Assembly (NCBI GenBank): GCA_001780275.1
Contig: MFGB01000016.1
Coordinates: 92,161 to 156,160 of the forward strand
DNA from: Candidatus Falkowbacteria bacterium RIFOXYA2_FULL_47_19
GTDB lineage: Bacteria > Patescibacteriota > Patescibacteriia > Patescibacteriales > UBA12075
Direction of reading: 5' to 3'
DNA: 64,000 nt
The notes beneath the pieces are model-generated. The model was not told the origin of the DNA. It did not search any database and worked only from the letters and a program-made list of their open reading frames with translations. Shown here piece after piece: positions 1-8,132 of this stretch. Within the stretch, counting starts at the first letter, position 1. Each line of letters starts with the position of its first letter. The position numbers and the translations under genes are program-made.

Positions 1-1
1 G

Positions 2-988
2 ACGCTCGAGGTCGGAGCGATTATCGCCGGTATTTCCCTGGGCTCTTCGGTCTATCAGACCGAAATTTCCAGCCGGATACGCCCTCTTCGGGATTTTTTT
101 ATCGCTCTTTTCTTTATTATCCTGGGATCGGAGATGAGCGTCGGCAGTATAAAATACGCCGTTGCCCCCGGGCTGATTCTCTCCATTTTCGTGCTGGTCG
201 GCAATCCGATAATCCTTTTTTTCCTTTATCGTATGGCGCGCTTTACCCGCCGCTCCAGTTTTTTAGCCGGCCTGACGGCGGCTCAGGTAAGCGAATTCGG
301 TTTTGTTTTCCTCTTCGTGGCCAACCAGATGGGCTATGTTGACAACAACATCCTGTCTATTTTTACGATCGTGGCGCTGGTTACCATCTTCTTCTCGTCT
401 TACATGATAACCTATAATTACCAGATTTATATGGCCCTGCGTCCTTTCGTCAGGAAGTTTTTTGGCAAAGACGGATATAAGGAAAAGAAGACGACAAAAG
501 AGCGTTTCGACGTTTTCGTTTTCGGTTATCATCGTTTAGGCTGGAAGATCTGCGAAGCGCTTAAAGAAATGGGCGCCAATTTCGCCGTCGTCGATTTTGA
601 TCCGCACGCCCTGGAAAAACTCCAAAACCGGCGGATCCCGCATTTTTTCGGCGATGCCACCGACGTAGAATTCCTCGACGAACTCCCGTTGTCGTCCGCC
701 AAGATGATAATTTCGACCTTGCCCAACACCGAGGTACAGAATATCCTTGTTAAACATGTCCGTTTATGCAATTCGAAGGCGCTGGTCATAGCCAGCTTAT
801 CGCACTCCGCCTTGCTCCAGGAACTTTATAAAGCGGGAGCCGATTATATCATGATGCCGCACCTGGTCGGCGGACAATGGCTCGCGGATATTTTAAAGAA
901 TCGGCCCTGGAATCGGGTCACTTTCGAAAAGCTTTGCCGCGACCAAAAAGAAGAAATGCGTCTGCGGTTTACCCTGGGGCATCATTAG
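2..988 (+). CDS. CPA2-family K+(Na+)/H+ antiporter with C-terminal TrkA-N/RCK domain (5' truncated by window)
   Basis: Frame is open from position 2 (TLEVGAIIAGISLG...IRPLRDFFIALFFI). Contains AQVSEFGFVFL and the RCK motifs VFGYHRLG and FFGDAT. Confidence 0.9.
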   Translation, partial: TLEVGAIIAGISLGSSVYQTEISSRIRPLRDFFIALFFIILGSEMSVGSIKYAVAPGLILSIFVLVGNPIILFFLYRMARFTRRSSFLAGLTAAQVSEFGFVFLFVANQMGYVDNNILSIFTIVALVTIFFSSYMITYNYQIYMALRPFVRKFFGKDGYKEKKTTKERFDVFVFGYHRLGWKICEALKEMGANFAVVDFDPHALEKLQNRRIPHFFGDATDVEFLDELPLSSAKMIISTLPNTEVQNILVKHVRLCNSKALVIASLSHSALLQELYKAGADYIMMPHLVGGQWLADILKNRPWNRVTFEKLCRDQKEEMRLRFTLGHH

Positions 989-1030
989 GATTTTGTTGTT
1001 TATAGTTTTTTATTTATAGGGTTTTGTCGT

Positions 1031-1055
1031 ATCGCCCCGTTTTGGGGCGGTTTTT
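1031..1055 (+). terminator. Intrinsic terminator
   Basis: CGCCCC-GTTTT-GGGGCG hairpin followed by a T run. Confidence 0.75.
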
Positions 1056-1090
1056 ATTTGACAAAGAGCGTTTTAAATATTAAAAATTAT

Positions 1091-1124
1091 TGCTATAATT
1101 TCAGCATAAAAAGTTCTTTACAAT
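1091..1124 (+). promoter_or_regulatory. Extended -10 promoter plus boxA-like motif
   Basis: TGcTATAAT at 1091-1099; GTTCTTTACAAT at 1113-1124; SD AAGGAGG before the ATG at 1167. Confidence 0.55.
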
Positions 1125-1166
1125 GTGATTGGTCCTCGTTTTGAGTAAGGGCAAGGAGGTTTAAAA

Positions 1167-2825
1167 ATGGAACGTTATTTGGATGTTTGTGGAAACAGCG
1201 CAGCCGGTGTCTTTGATGTTTGTATAATCGGCGGTGGAATAAGCGGCTCCGCGATCGCCTACACCCTGTCTTTGCTCGGATACAAAGTGGCTTTGTTCGA
1301 AAAAGGTGATTTCGGCGGCGGCACGACCGCAGCGACCACGAAAATGATCCACGGCGGCGCCCGTTATCTGAAAACCCTGGAATTTCGTTTAGTGCGGGAA
1401 TCGCTTCGGGAGCGCCGTATCCTTTGCGATATCGCTCCTAACTTCGTTTACCCGAAGCCCGTATTTCTCACTACCTCGGATTATCCCAAAAGCAACAAGG
1501 GCTTGATCCGCGCCGGCATGATCTGCTATGATCTTTTGTCGTACGATAAGGGCTGGACCCGGGACAAGAGCAAAAAAATCCCGTGGCATAATTTTCTGCC
1601 GGCGGAAGCGGTCTTAGCGGCGGAACCGGCCATTCGTGATGAAAATCTGACCGGCGCTTTCGTTTACGAAGACTGCTTTAATATTTTTCCGGAACGCCTT
1701 AATCTGGCCTTTCTGAAGTCGGCGCTTAAAAACGGCGCTCGGATCGCAAATTATGCCGAAGTGTTCGATTTTTTGTATTCTTCCGGCCGGCGCGCCGTTT
1801 CCGGCGTTAAGGTTTTCGACCGGATATCACGCCAGTCATTTTTGATCCGGTCGCGTTTGACGATCAACTGCGCCGGACCCTGGGCGGACGCGGTTCTAGG
1901 ACTTATCAGCGGCCAGGAAGAAAAACCGGCTCTTACCCGCTCCGAAGGGGTTCACATTATTACCCGTCCGATCTGCCGAAAGAATATGATCGGATTTTTT
2001 CCCCGGGGCGGCAGGCATTTTTTTATTATTCCTTTTCGGGGACACTCCCTGATCGGTACGACCGACCGGCCGTATTCGGGTCATCCCGATAATTATCGCG
2101 TGAGCGCGGAAGGAATAGACGAGCTATTGAGTCTGGTGAACCGGCATGTAAAAGAGCCGATCGGCTGGCCCGATATTAAATACGCTTACGGCGGCCTTCG
2201 GCCCTTAGCAGGGGAAAACGGGGCGGATACCTATAACGCTTCCCGCAGCCACGAGATTTGCGATGCAGCCCGTGACGGACTCGACGGCCTTATTACGGTG
2301 CTGGGCGGCAAATATACGACCAGCCGGAATCTGGCCGAGCGGGTAGCCGGAGTGGTGGCTAAAAAGCTGGGCGTTTATCCCTGGCGGTCTGCCTCCGACA
2401 AGCTGTATTTAAGCGGCTGCGAGATTACCGACATGGAGCTTTTTATGTCAAAGTTGCACGCCCTTTACGATGGGGATTTTTCCCGGGAAACGGTTGAGTA
2501 CCTGGGACGCAACTACGGCACCGAGGCCAAAGAGGTTTTTAGGCTGACCGAGGATGACCCAAGTTTAAGGGAAGTGTTGAATGTCGACGGTGAGATCATG
2601 GCCGAGGTGGTTTACGCGGTTAAATTCGAAATGGCTCGCACGCTCTCTGATATAATTTTACGCCGGACCGGAATCGGCGCCCTGGGAAAACCTGACCGGA
2701 GAACGCTTGTTAAGGTCGCCTCTACCGCCGCCATAGAACTGGATTGGAAAGCTGATAATATTATTGATGAATTGGATAGAGCTTCCCGAATTTATGAATT
2801 GCCGGCCATAATCAAAAAGGAGTAG
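1167..2825 (+). CDS. glpD: FAD-dependent glycerol-3-phosphate dehydrogenase/oxidase
   Basis: IIGGGISG FAD motif, GTTAATTKMIHGGARYL, YAYGGLRPL, GGKYTT, C-terminal ARTLSDIILRRT. Confidence 0.9.
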   Translation: MERYLDVCGNSAAGVFDVCIIGGGISGSAIAYTLSLLGYKVALFEKGDFGGGTTAATTKMIHGGARYLKTLEFRLVRESLRERRILCDIAPNFVYPKPVFLTTSDYPKSNKGLIRAGMICYDLLSYDKGWTRDKSKKIPWHNFLPAEAVLAAEPAIRDENLTGAFVYEDCFNIFPERLNLAFLKSALKNGARIANYAEVFDFLYSSGRRAVSGVKVFDRISRQSFLIRSRLTINCAGPWADAVLGLISGQEEKPALTRSEGVHIITRPICRKNMIGFFPRGGRHFFIIPFRGHSLIGTTDRPYSGHPDNYRVSAEGIDELLSLVNRHVKEPIGWPDIKYAYGGLRPLAGENGADTYNASRSHEICDAARDGLDGLITVLGGKYTTSRNLAERVAGVVAKKLGVYPWRSASDKLYLSGCEITDMELFMSKLHALYDGDFSRETVEYLGRNYGTEAKEVFRLTEDDPSLREVLNVDGEIMAEVVYAVKFEMARTLSDIILRRTGIGALGKPDRRTLVKVASTAAIELDWKADNIIDELDRASRIYELPAIIKKE

Positions 2826-2831
2826 GCGCTT

Positions 2832-3872
2832 ATGGAGCTTTTAACCGATCCCAGTTTTGTTACGGCCTGTCCCTGGGCGCTTGTTCCTGATAGTCTGGCC
2901 GATATGCTAAATTGCCAAAAAATACGCGGGCTTAACCTCGTCGGATCCCTTAATCGGCGGGCCATGAAAATATTCAGCGGCCTTGATCTCAATCTGACCG
3001 TTACCGGCGCCGGAATCTTTAAAGACGAATATAACCATTTCCGGCCGGAACGTCTGGAGAAATTCATTGGAAGAAAATGGCCGATTTACGCCTTTCACGG
3101 CGGCCACGAAAATTTACGCCGCCAATTCAGGCACATGGAAACGCGCCTGGAGGACGATTCGGCCATAACCCGCTCCAAGCTTTTTAATCAGATTTGGGCG
3201 GCCCGCCTGTTATCAGCCGCGCCGGAGCCGGTAATAGTTTTTCACCCCGGCTTCCTTAAACAAAAGGCGAAGATCCCCTCGGCTGTTATGAGGAATATCG
3301 GCTATGCCGTCTCTTTGGCCGAAGACCTCGGGGTAACGATCGCTTTGGAAAATATGCCGCGCGCCAGCAAAGGTTATTATATCGGCTCCGACTTCCGCGA
3401 CCTAAAGACGATTTTGCGCGATATTAAGAGCGCGCATCTCGGCGTTTGTTTTGACTGGGGCCACGCTAATAATTACGCGGGCGATTATGCCCGGGAAAAT
3501 AATCGGGGCGGCGATTACATCAACGCCTTCGGCTACCAGCACGAGATGATCAGCGAACTGAACAAGGATATTGTTTACGCGCATCTGCACTTTAATTTAA
3601 ATCATCGCTTAGCCGATCCGTCCGATAAAGACGATGAGCACCTGTCTTTGGTCGGCTTAACACCGGCTGAAAGCGAAGCCTACAAAAAGACTATCCGCGA
3701 TTTGGTGTCGTTTACGGCCATTGAAAAATTCGGTTACGCCCTCCTGGAAGTTTTTCCGAAAAAAGTTTTTGACCTTTATCCGTTCTGGCCGACCGGAAGC
3801 AACCGGAAAAAACAATATGAAAGCGTAAAGATCCTGCGCCGGATGACGGAAGATCCGAACACTTCAAAATGA
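2832..3872 (+). CDS. Sugar phosphate isomerase/epimerase-like TIM barrel (AP endonuclease 2 family)
   Basis: VFHPG, IALENMP, CFDWGHAN, HLH and DEHL metal-binding motifs. Confidence 0.75.
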   Translation: MELLTDPSFVTACPWALVPDSLADMLNCQKIRGLNLVGSLNRRAMKIFSGLDLNLTVTGAGIFKDEYNHFRPERLEKFIGRKWPIYAFHGGHENLRRQFRHMETRLEDDSAITRSKLFNQIWAARLLSAAPEPVIVFHPGFLKQKAKIPSAVMRNIGYAVSLAEDLGVTIALENMPRASKGYYIGSDFRDLKTILRDIKSAHLGVCFDWGHANNYAGDYARENNRGGDYINAFGYQHEMISELNKDIVYAHLHFNLNHRLADPSDKDDEHLSLVGLTPAESEAYKKTIRDLVSFTAIEKFGYALLEVFPKKVFDLYPFWPTGSNRKKQYESVKILRRMTEDPNTSK

Positions 3873-3997
3873 TTTTTATAACAACCTGACAACCTTTTGC
3901 CAGGTTTTTTTGTTGTCTCAATAAGTAATATATGCCGAAATCCGCGCAAGCGAAATCCGACCGTTTGAGGCGGAGCGTAAAAAACTCTCTTTTAACC

Positions 3998-4026
3998 TTG
4001 ACAAGTCGGAAAATCCGTGCTATACT
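3998..4026 (+). promoter_or_regulatory. Sigma70 promoter
   Basis: TTGACA-N17-TATACT with extended TG. Confidence 0.75.
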
Positions 4027-4071
4027 GGTAATATAGCCTAAAAAATAAGGCGAAAAACAAAAACAAAAACT

Positions 4072-4212
4072 ATGAGCGACTCCAAAAGCGGGTGCATCGC
4101 GCCCAAAGCAAAACCGCAGGTATTCAATGCGGATTTTTTAATGATCGCGATCGCCTCGGTGACAGTGTATACCTATTTTATGGTATATACGATAATTTTC
4201 TTGTCCTCTTAA
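4072..4212 (+). CDS. Small 46-aa single-pass membrane peptide (not in ORF track)
   Basis: MSDSKSGCIAPKAKPQVFNADFLMIAIASVTVYTYFMVYTIIFLSS*. A-rich leader, own promoter and downstream hairpin. Confidence 0.55.
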   Translation: MSDSKSGCIAPKAKPQVFNADFLMIAIASVTVYTYFMVYTIIFLSS

Positions 4213-4227
4213 AAAGCGAAGGCGAAA

Positions 4228-4288
4228 TAAACGGCTCCGACAGGGATAAAATATCGATTTTGTTCCTTCCGGGGCCGTTTTTCTTTTT
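4228..4288. terminator. Long hairpin, likely bidirectional terminator
   Basis: AAACGGCTCCG...CGGGGCCGTTT with inner AGGGATAAAAT/ATTTTGTTCCT, between convergent ORFs. Confidence 0.7.
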
Positions 4289-4290
4289 AT

Positions 4291-4842
4291 TTATTCTTGC
4301 TTGATCACTTCGGCGTTTATGGTAATGCGGACTTCGTTACCGACGACCATGCCGCCGCGATCAAGCATTTCGTTCCAGCTGACCCCGTAATCATGGCGGT
4401 TGATGACGGTAGTCGCCTTGAAGCCGGCGCGGATGGTCGGTCCTTTATCCGGTTCATCTTTAATTTGGGGGGTCCGCCAAATGCCGGAGCTTATGAGGGT
4501 CAGGATGATTTTGCGCGTTATGCCGCGAATGGTCAGGTGGCCGAATAATTTAAATTCATTGGCGCCGATCCGTTCGATCTCGTTCGCCTGGAAAATAAAC
4601 GAGGGATAATTCTTAACGTCGAAAAAAGCCGCGCTTTTTAGATGTCGATCGCGATCCTTATCCCCGGTCCAGATTTCGGTAGCGTCCATGATAACATCCA
4701 CGATAATTTTTTGGGGGTTGTCGAAATCAAAATCAAGCGTCCCCCGGATATTCGGGAGACGGCCGCAAACATCAGTGATCATCATGTGCCGTACGCAGAA
4801 TTCCGCTCCCGTGTGAGCAGGTTCAAAAATCCATTTTGACAT
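4291..4842 (-). CDS. yceI: YceI-family lipid/polyisoprenoid-binding protein
   Basis: W.FEPAHT.AEF.VRHMMI, RDRHLKSAAFFDV, GHLTIRGIT, INRHDYGVSWN. Confidence 0.9.
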   Translation of the reverse strand: MSKWIFEPAHTGAEFCVRHMMITDVCGRLPNIRGTLDFDFDNPQKIIVDVIMDATEIWTGDKDRDRHLKSAAFFDVKNYPSFIFQANEIERIGANEFKLFGHLTIRGITRKIILTLISSGIWRTPQIKDEPDKGPTIRAGFKATTVINRHDYGVSWNEMLDRGGMVVGNEVRITINAEVIKQE

Positions 4843-5067
4843 AATTTTATCGGCTAGAATTAGGGGTCGGGATCGGTTTCTCGGGATTTAAATTAACTTT
4901 AATATATAAATATATAATAAATTTATTAATATATAATTATAATTTTCGCCTTTTCGTTACTAGAACTTAAAATCAAGAAATAGAAATATTTTTAATATCT
5001 CGTTAACGTTTTCACAATATAATCTCATTATAATTAAAAAGCAGGTGATTTAAAAAAAACCTGTCTG

Positions 5068-5152
5068 AACCGCCGGTCCGTTTGCGGAATCCCAAGATGA
5101 AGCCGGAATCTCCGGATAAATTCGTCTTTCCGCGGGCCGGTCGGTTTTTTTT
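5068..5152 (+). promoter_or_regulatory. Orphan nested hairpin with U tract (putative attenuator or sRNA 3' end)
   Basis: AACCGCCGGTCCG/CGGGCCGGTCGGTT with inner AAGATGAA/TTCGTCTT and CCGGA/TCCGG, then T8. Lies in a divergent intergenic region. Confidence 0.5.
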
Positions 5153-5277
5153 ATTGCCGAAAAATTCCGTTAGCGTGACTAATTTGCGATTAACTATATT
5201 ATAATCGCCTTATAACAAAAATTATATACCATTATAACCGTAAGGATCAGATCATAAAATTATTTAAAATTAAATTT

Positions 5278-6213
5278 ATGAAACCATTCAAAATGAACGA
5301 CGGTTACGGTACGTCCGTCGCCATCGCCCTCGTAGCTTTTGTCATCGCCGCGGGAGCTTTGTATTTTGCCATAGACGCAAATTCGACGGCCTGGACGAGC
5401 CGGGGCGGGGAAAGCGTCAATTTGGATCAATTGGCTGATCTGGGATCGGCCATAATGACCGAGACCGAACTTGAGAATAAAATTACCGCCGCGGTAGAGA
5501 AGAAAATCATCGAAAGCATGGATGATGAGGAATACGGCCGGACGGCGTCGGTTCCGGAATCCGATAAAACCTTTGTTCCGAAAGGACGGTTCGCGGCGGA
5601 CCCGCCGGCGATAGTGCCGGAGGCCGATAATACGGGGGCTGTATTCGGTTTAGCTCCGACGATTCGGTTAACCGACGCTTCCGGAGAAGGGGTTTTAAGC
5701 AAGGCCTGGCTGGCGGTATATAACGGTATCACGTATCATCGGATCGCCGCCCGGGGCCTGGCCGCGCCCGTCGGTACGGATTATTACGAAGGCTGGCTTG
5801 TACGAAATCCGGATACGCTCGATATGTTCTCTGTCGGTAAAATGAAATATGACCCCGGCGCCGCGGACGCCACCCTGTCGGTCAGGGTCACGGGAGACCA
5901 GGAGGCTTACCGCACGGTTTATGTCACCCTGGAGAAGGATGACGGCGACCCTATGCCGGGCAAAGTCGTACTAAAGGGCACTTTTTGGCCCGAGACCGAT
6001 CTAGCCGTTACCGATAAAATGATCGAAAGCTATAAGGCCAATGAAGCAAATAAAGCCGGATTTTCAACTTCCTCGGTCCCTAAAGCCGATAATTCAACCC
6101 AAAGCCTGCTTGAGGCGATGCTAAAAGGCGGGTCCAATAACGATTCTTCGGCCGCCGGTAATTCCGACCCACTAGCTAGCCTAATGCAATTATTGCAAGG
6201 CAGTAAAAAGTAA
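5278..6213 (+). CDS. Membrane-anchored protein with RskA-like (anti-sigma-K C-terminal-like) domain
   Basis: N-terminal TM segment; YYEGWLV...SVGKM...VYVTLEKDDGDPMPGKVVLKG pattern. Confidence 0.55.
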   Translation: MKPFKMNDGYGTSVAIALVAFVIAAGALYFAIDANSTAWTSRGGESVNLDQLADLGSAIMTETELENKITAAVEKKIIESMDDEEYGRTASVPESDKTFVPKGRFAADPPAIVPEADNTGAVFGLAPTIRLTDASGEGVLSKAWLAVYNGITYHRIAARGLAAPVGTDYYEGWLVRNPDTLDMFSVGKMKYDPGAADATLSVRVTGDQEAYRTVYVTLEKDDGDPMPGKVVLKGTFWPETDLAVTDKMIESYKANEANKAGFSTSSVPKADNSTQSLLEAMLKGGSNNDSSAAGNSDPLASLMQLLQGSKK

Positions 6214-6226
6214 AAAAGTGCCACGA

Positions 6227-6254
6227 AAAAGCGGCTCACCCAGGGCCGTTTTTT
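6227..6254 (+). terminator. Intrinsic terminator
   Basis: GCGGCTC...GGGCCGT plus T run. Confidence 0.65.
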
Positions 6255-6284
6255 GTGCGGTTATTTTTTGTGGTATAATATTTA

Positions 6285-6326
6285 TAGGCATTAGGTATTA
6301 GGCATTAGGCATTAGGCATTAGGCAT
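6285..6326. repeat. Heptamer tandem repeat (TAGGCAT)x6
   Basis: TAGGCAT TAGGTAT TAGGCAT TAGGCAT TAGGCAT TAGGCAT. Confidence 0.95.
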
Positions 6327-6336
6327 TTTAATTTTT

Positions 6337-7143
6337 ATGTATATACCCGCTTCCCTTGATGGGGTCAACAAAAAAAAGAATGCCGCCGTTTTTTTAAAAA
6401 CCGCGGTTTATCGAATGGGCGGTACGGTCGAGATTTTGGCGGTATTGGCGGTTTGGATATTGATATTTTCCAAGCGAGCGGTTCTCGGCGGTTTGACTCG
6501 CGAAGAAATACTTACCTATATCCTGGTCGGTAACCTGATCGGAGCGGCCACGAACCATTTATTGCGGCGGATAGTCGTTCACGACATAAGCAGAGAAAAT
6601 CTTTCCCTGCTCATGAATTCACCCGCGTCTTATTTGGCGAAAATAATAATCAGGGGTTTCGGTCGAAATATCTTGCCGTTCATACTGTCGGTGGCGTTTC
6701 AGATTTTTTTGCTTTATTTTTTTATCGACGATTTTAAAATTAATTCGGATCCTTACTATCTTTCCGTGATCGCGGTCATGCTGGTCCTGGCTTTTTTGTC
6801 TGAATTATTGATTTTGTATTTTCTTCATTTTTTCGTTTTTTGGTCGGTCGAATCCGCCGAAACTTATAATTTTATATTGAGATTGAAAAGTATCCTGGCG
6901 GGTAGCTATTTTCCGCTGGTGATCTGGCCGGCCATCGTCAATATCAGCCTGGTCCTGCCATTCGCTTATTCTTGCTTCGTGCCGGCGGAGCTTTATTTGA
7001 AAAAAATTGGCCCAGGAATCGGTCTTCGGGGAATTTGCGTGCAAGCTATATGGATCATGATCTTGTATATTATCCTTAAAATAGTCTGGATCAGAAAGAC
7101 CGATCGGCATAACATCAGACCGAAGGAAATTTCGATAGAATAA
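6337..7143 (+). CDS. ABC-2 type transporter permease (ABC2_membrane_6-like); no adjacent ATPase
   Basis: About six TM helices; LGGLTREEILTYIL, LAGSYFPL, LPFAYSCFVPAELYL. Confidence 0.75.
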   Translation: MYIPASLDGVNKKKNAAVFLKTAVYRMGGTVEILAVLAVWILIFSKRAVLGGLTREEILTYILVGNLIGAATNHLLRRIVVHDISRENLSLLMNSPASYLAKIIIRGFGRNILPFILSVAFQIFLLYFFIDDFKINSDPYYLSVIAVMLVLAFLSELLILYFLHFFVFWSVESAETYNFILRLKSILAGSYFPLVIWPAIVNISLVLPFAYSCFVPAELYLKKIGPGIGLRGICVQAIWIMILYIILKIVWIRKTDRHNIRPKEISIE

Positions 7144-7172
7144 AACCGGCCGGTGGAGTATTAAAAGCCATC

Positions 7173-7240
7173 TTGACTATTTGTTCGTTGTATGTTAGTA
7201 TAGCGAATGACTCTTTTTATCAGGATGTAAATTGACAATT
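7173..7240 (+). promoter_or_regulatory. Sigma70 promoter plus boxA-like motif
   Basis: TTGACT-N17-TAGTAT at 7173-7201; GTAAATTGACAAT near 7227-7239; SD GGAGG. Confidence 0.5.
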
Positions 7241-7260
7241 GCGCTTCGAGGGAGGTTGAT

Positions 7261-7611
7261 TTGCCGGCAGCCGTCATTCTTGTTTTATTCGCGTTTGTAT
7301 TTTATACAACAGCGGTATTTTCGGAAATGATCAGCAAGGGACTCAGCCGCGCCATAATAGCCATATTCGCCCTAGGCTTTTTATTTGATTTGATTGGTAC
7401 TGTCGCCATGTTTATGTCGCCTGGAATGATTTTCGCTAATATTCATACTTTTTTTGGTAGTTTAGCGCTTTTGATAATGACCGTTCATTTTATCTGGGCT
7501 ATCCAGGCTTTTAAGAAACGGAGTCGGGCAGCCGGTTTATTCAGAAAATATTCCGTTTATGCCTGGACGATATGGTTCTTCGCCCTTTGCACCGGTATCC
7601 CGAAATATTGA
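7261..7611 (+). CDS. HsmA/TIGR03987-family small membrane protein
   Basis: AFVFYT.AVFSE, GFLFDLIGT.AM, HTFFG.LALLIM.VH..WA, F.KYSVYAW.IW. TTG start with SD. Confidence 0.75.
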   Translation: MPAAVILVLFAFVFYTTAVFSEMISKGLSRAIIAIFALGFLFDLIGTVAMFMSPGMIFANIHTFFGSLALLIMTVHFIWAIQAFKKRSRAAGLFRKYSVYAWTIWFFALCTGIPKY

Positions 7612-7698
7612 TAAATTGAATTTATTTTTAATATATTTATAATCAAAGCGGAATAATATCGAAGCCAGAGTGCCAACCCTCAACAAAAAGGAGAAAGC

Positions 7699-8049
7699 GT
7701 GAACCAAAAAGTTACCGACTTGGCTGGAATCAGGGATATTCTCGAGACGATGGCCGCTTTGGCCGGAATAAAGATCGATCCCGAGAACATTTTCCAAAGA
7801 GAGCTGCGGATGGAAATTGCCGTAAACAGCAAAGAATCCTGTGAGATCAGGGTTCATTACGATGACGGGGCTTACCTGTCGTTCGTTCGTTTGAACAATT
7901 TAAAACCCGAGAACCGATGGTTTTTCCATTACCGGCCAATCGGCGGCAAAGAGAGGTTCGAGCGGATCGAGCCGGAATGCCTTAAGGAGGCGGAAAAGAT
8001 CTTTGCGAAAATGCACGATGAGATCATAACCAACGCGGTAGCGGCCTAG
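7699..8049 (+). CDS. Hypothetical protein
   Basis: GTG start with AGGAG SD; terminator follows. Confidence 0.65.
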   Translation: MNQKVTDLAGIRDILETMAALAGIKIDPENIFQRELRMEIAVNSKESCEIRVHYDDGAYLSFVRLNNLKPENRWFFHYRPIGGKERFERIEPECLKEAEKIFAKMHDEIITNAVAA

Positions 8050-8080
8050 CTTTTCATAGCTCTTTTATGCGAATAAAAAT

Positions 8081-8106
8081 AACCCCAGTCAAAAGACTGG
8101 GGTTTT
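8081..8106. terminator. Bidirectional terminator
   Basis: AACCCCAGTC-AAAA-GACTGGGGTT between convergent genes. Confidence 0.85.
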
Positions 8107-8132
8107 AATATACGGAAATCTTATCGATTTTT

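Noticed and set aside
4860-5040. Very AT-rich stretch as a possible replication origin
   Set aside because: No clustered DnaA boxes (TTATCCACA) and no dnaA/dnaN nearby; consistent with divergent promoters.
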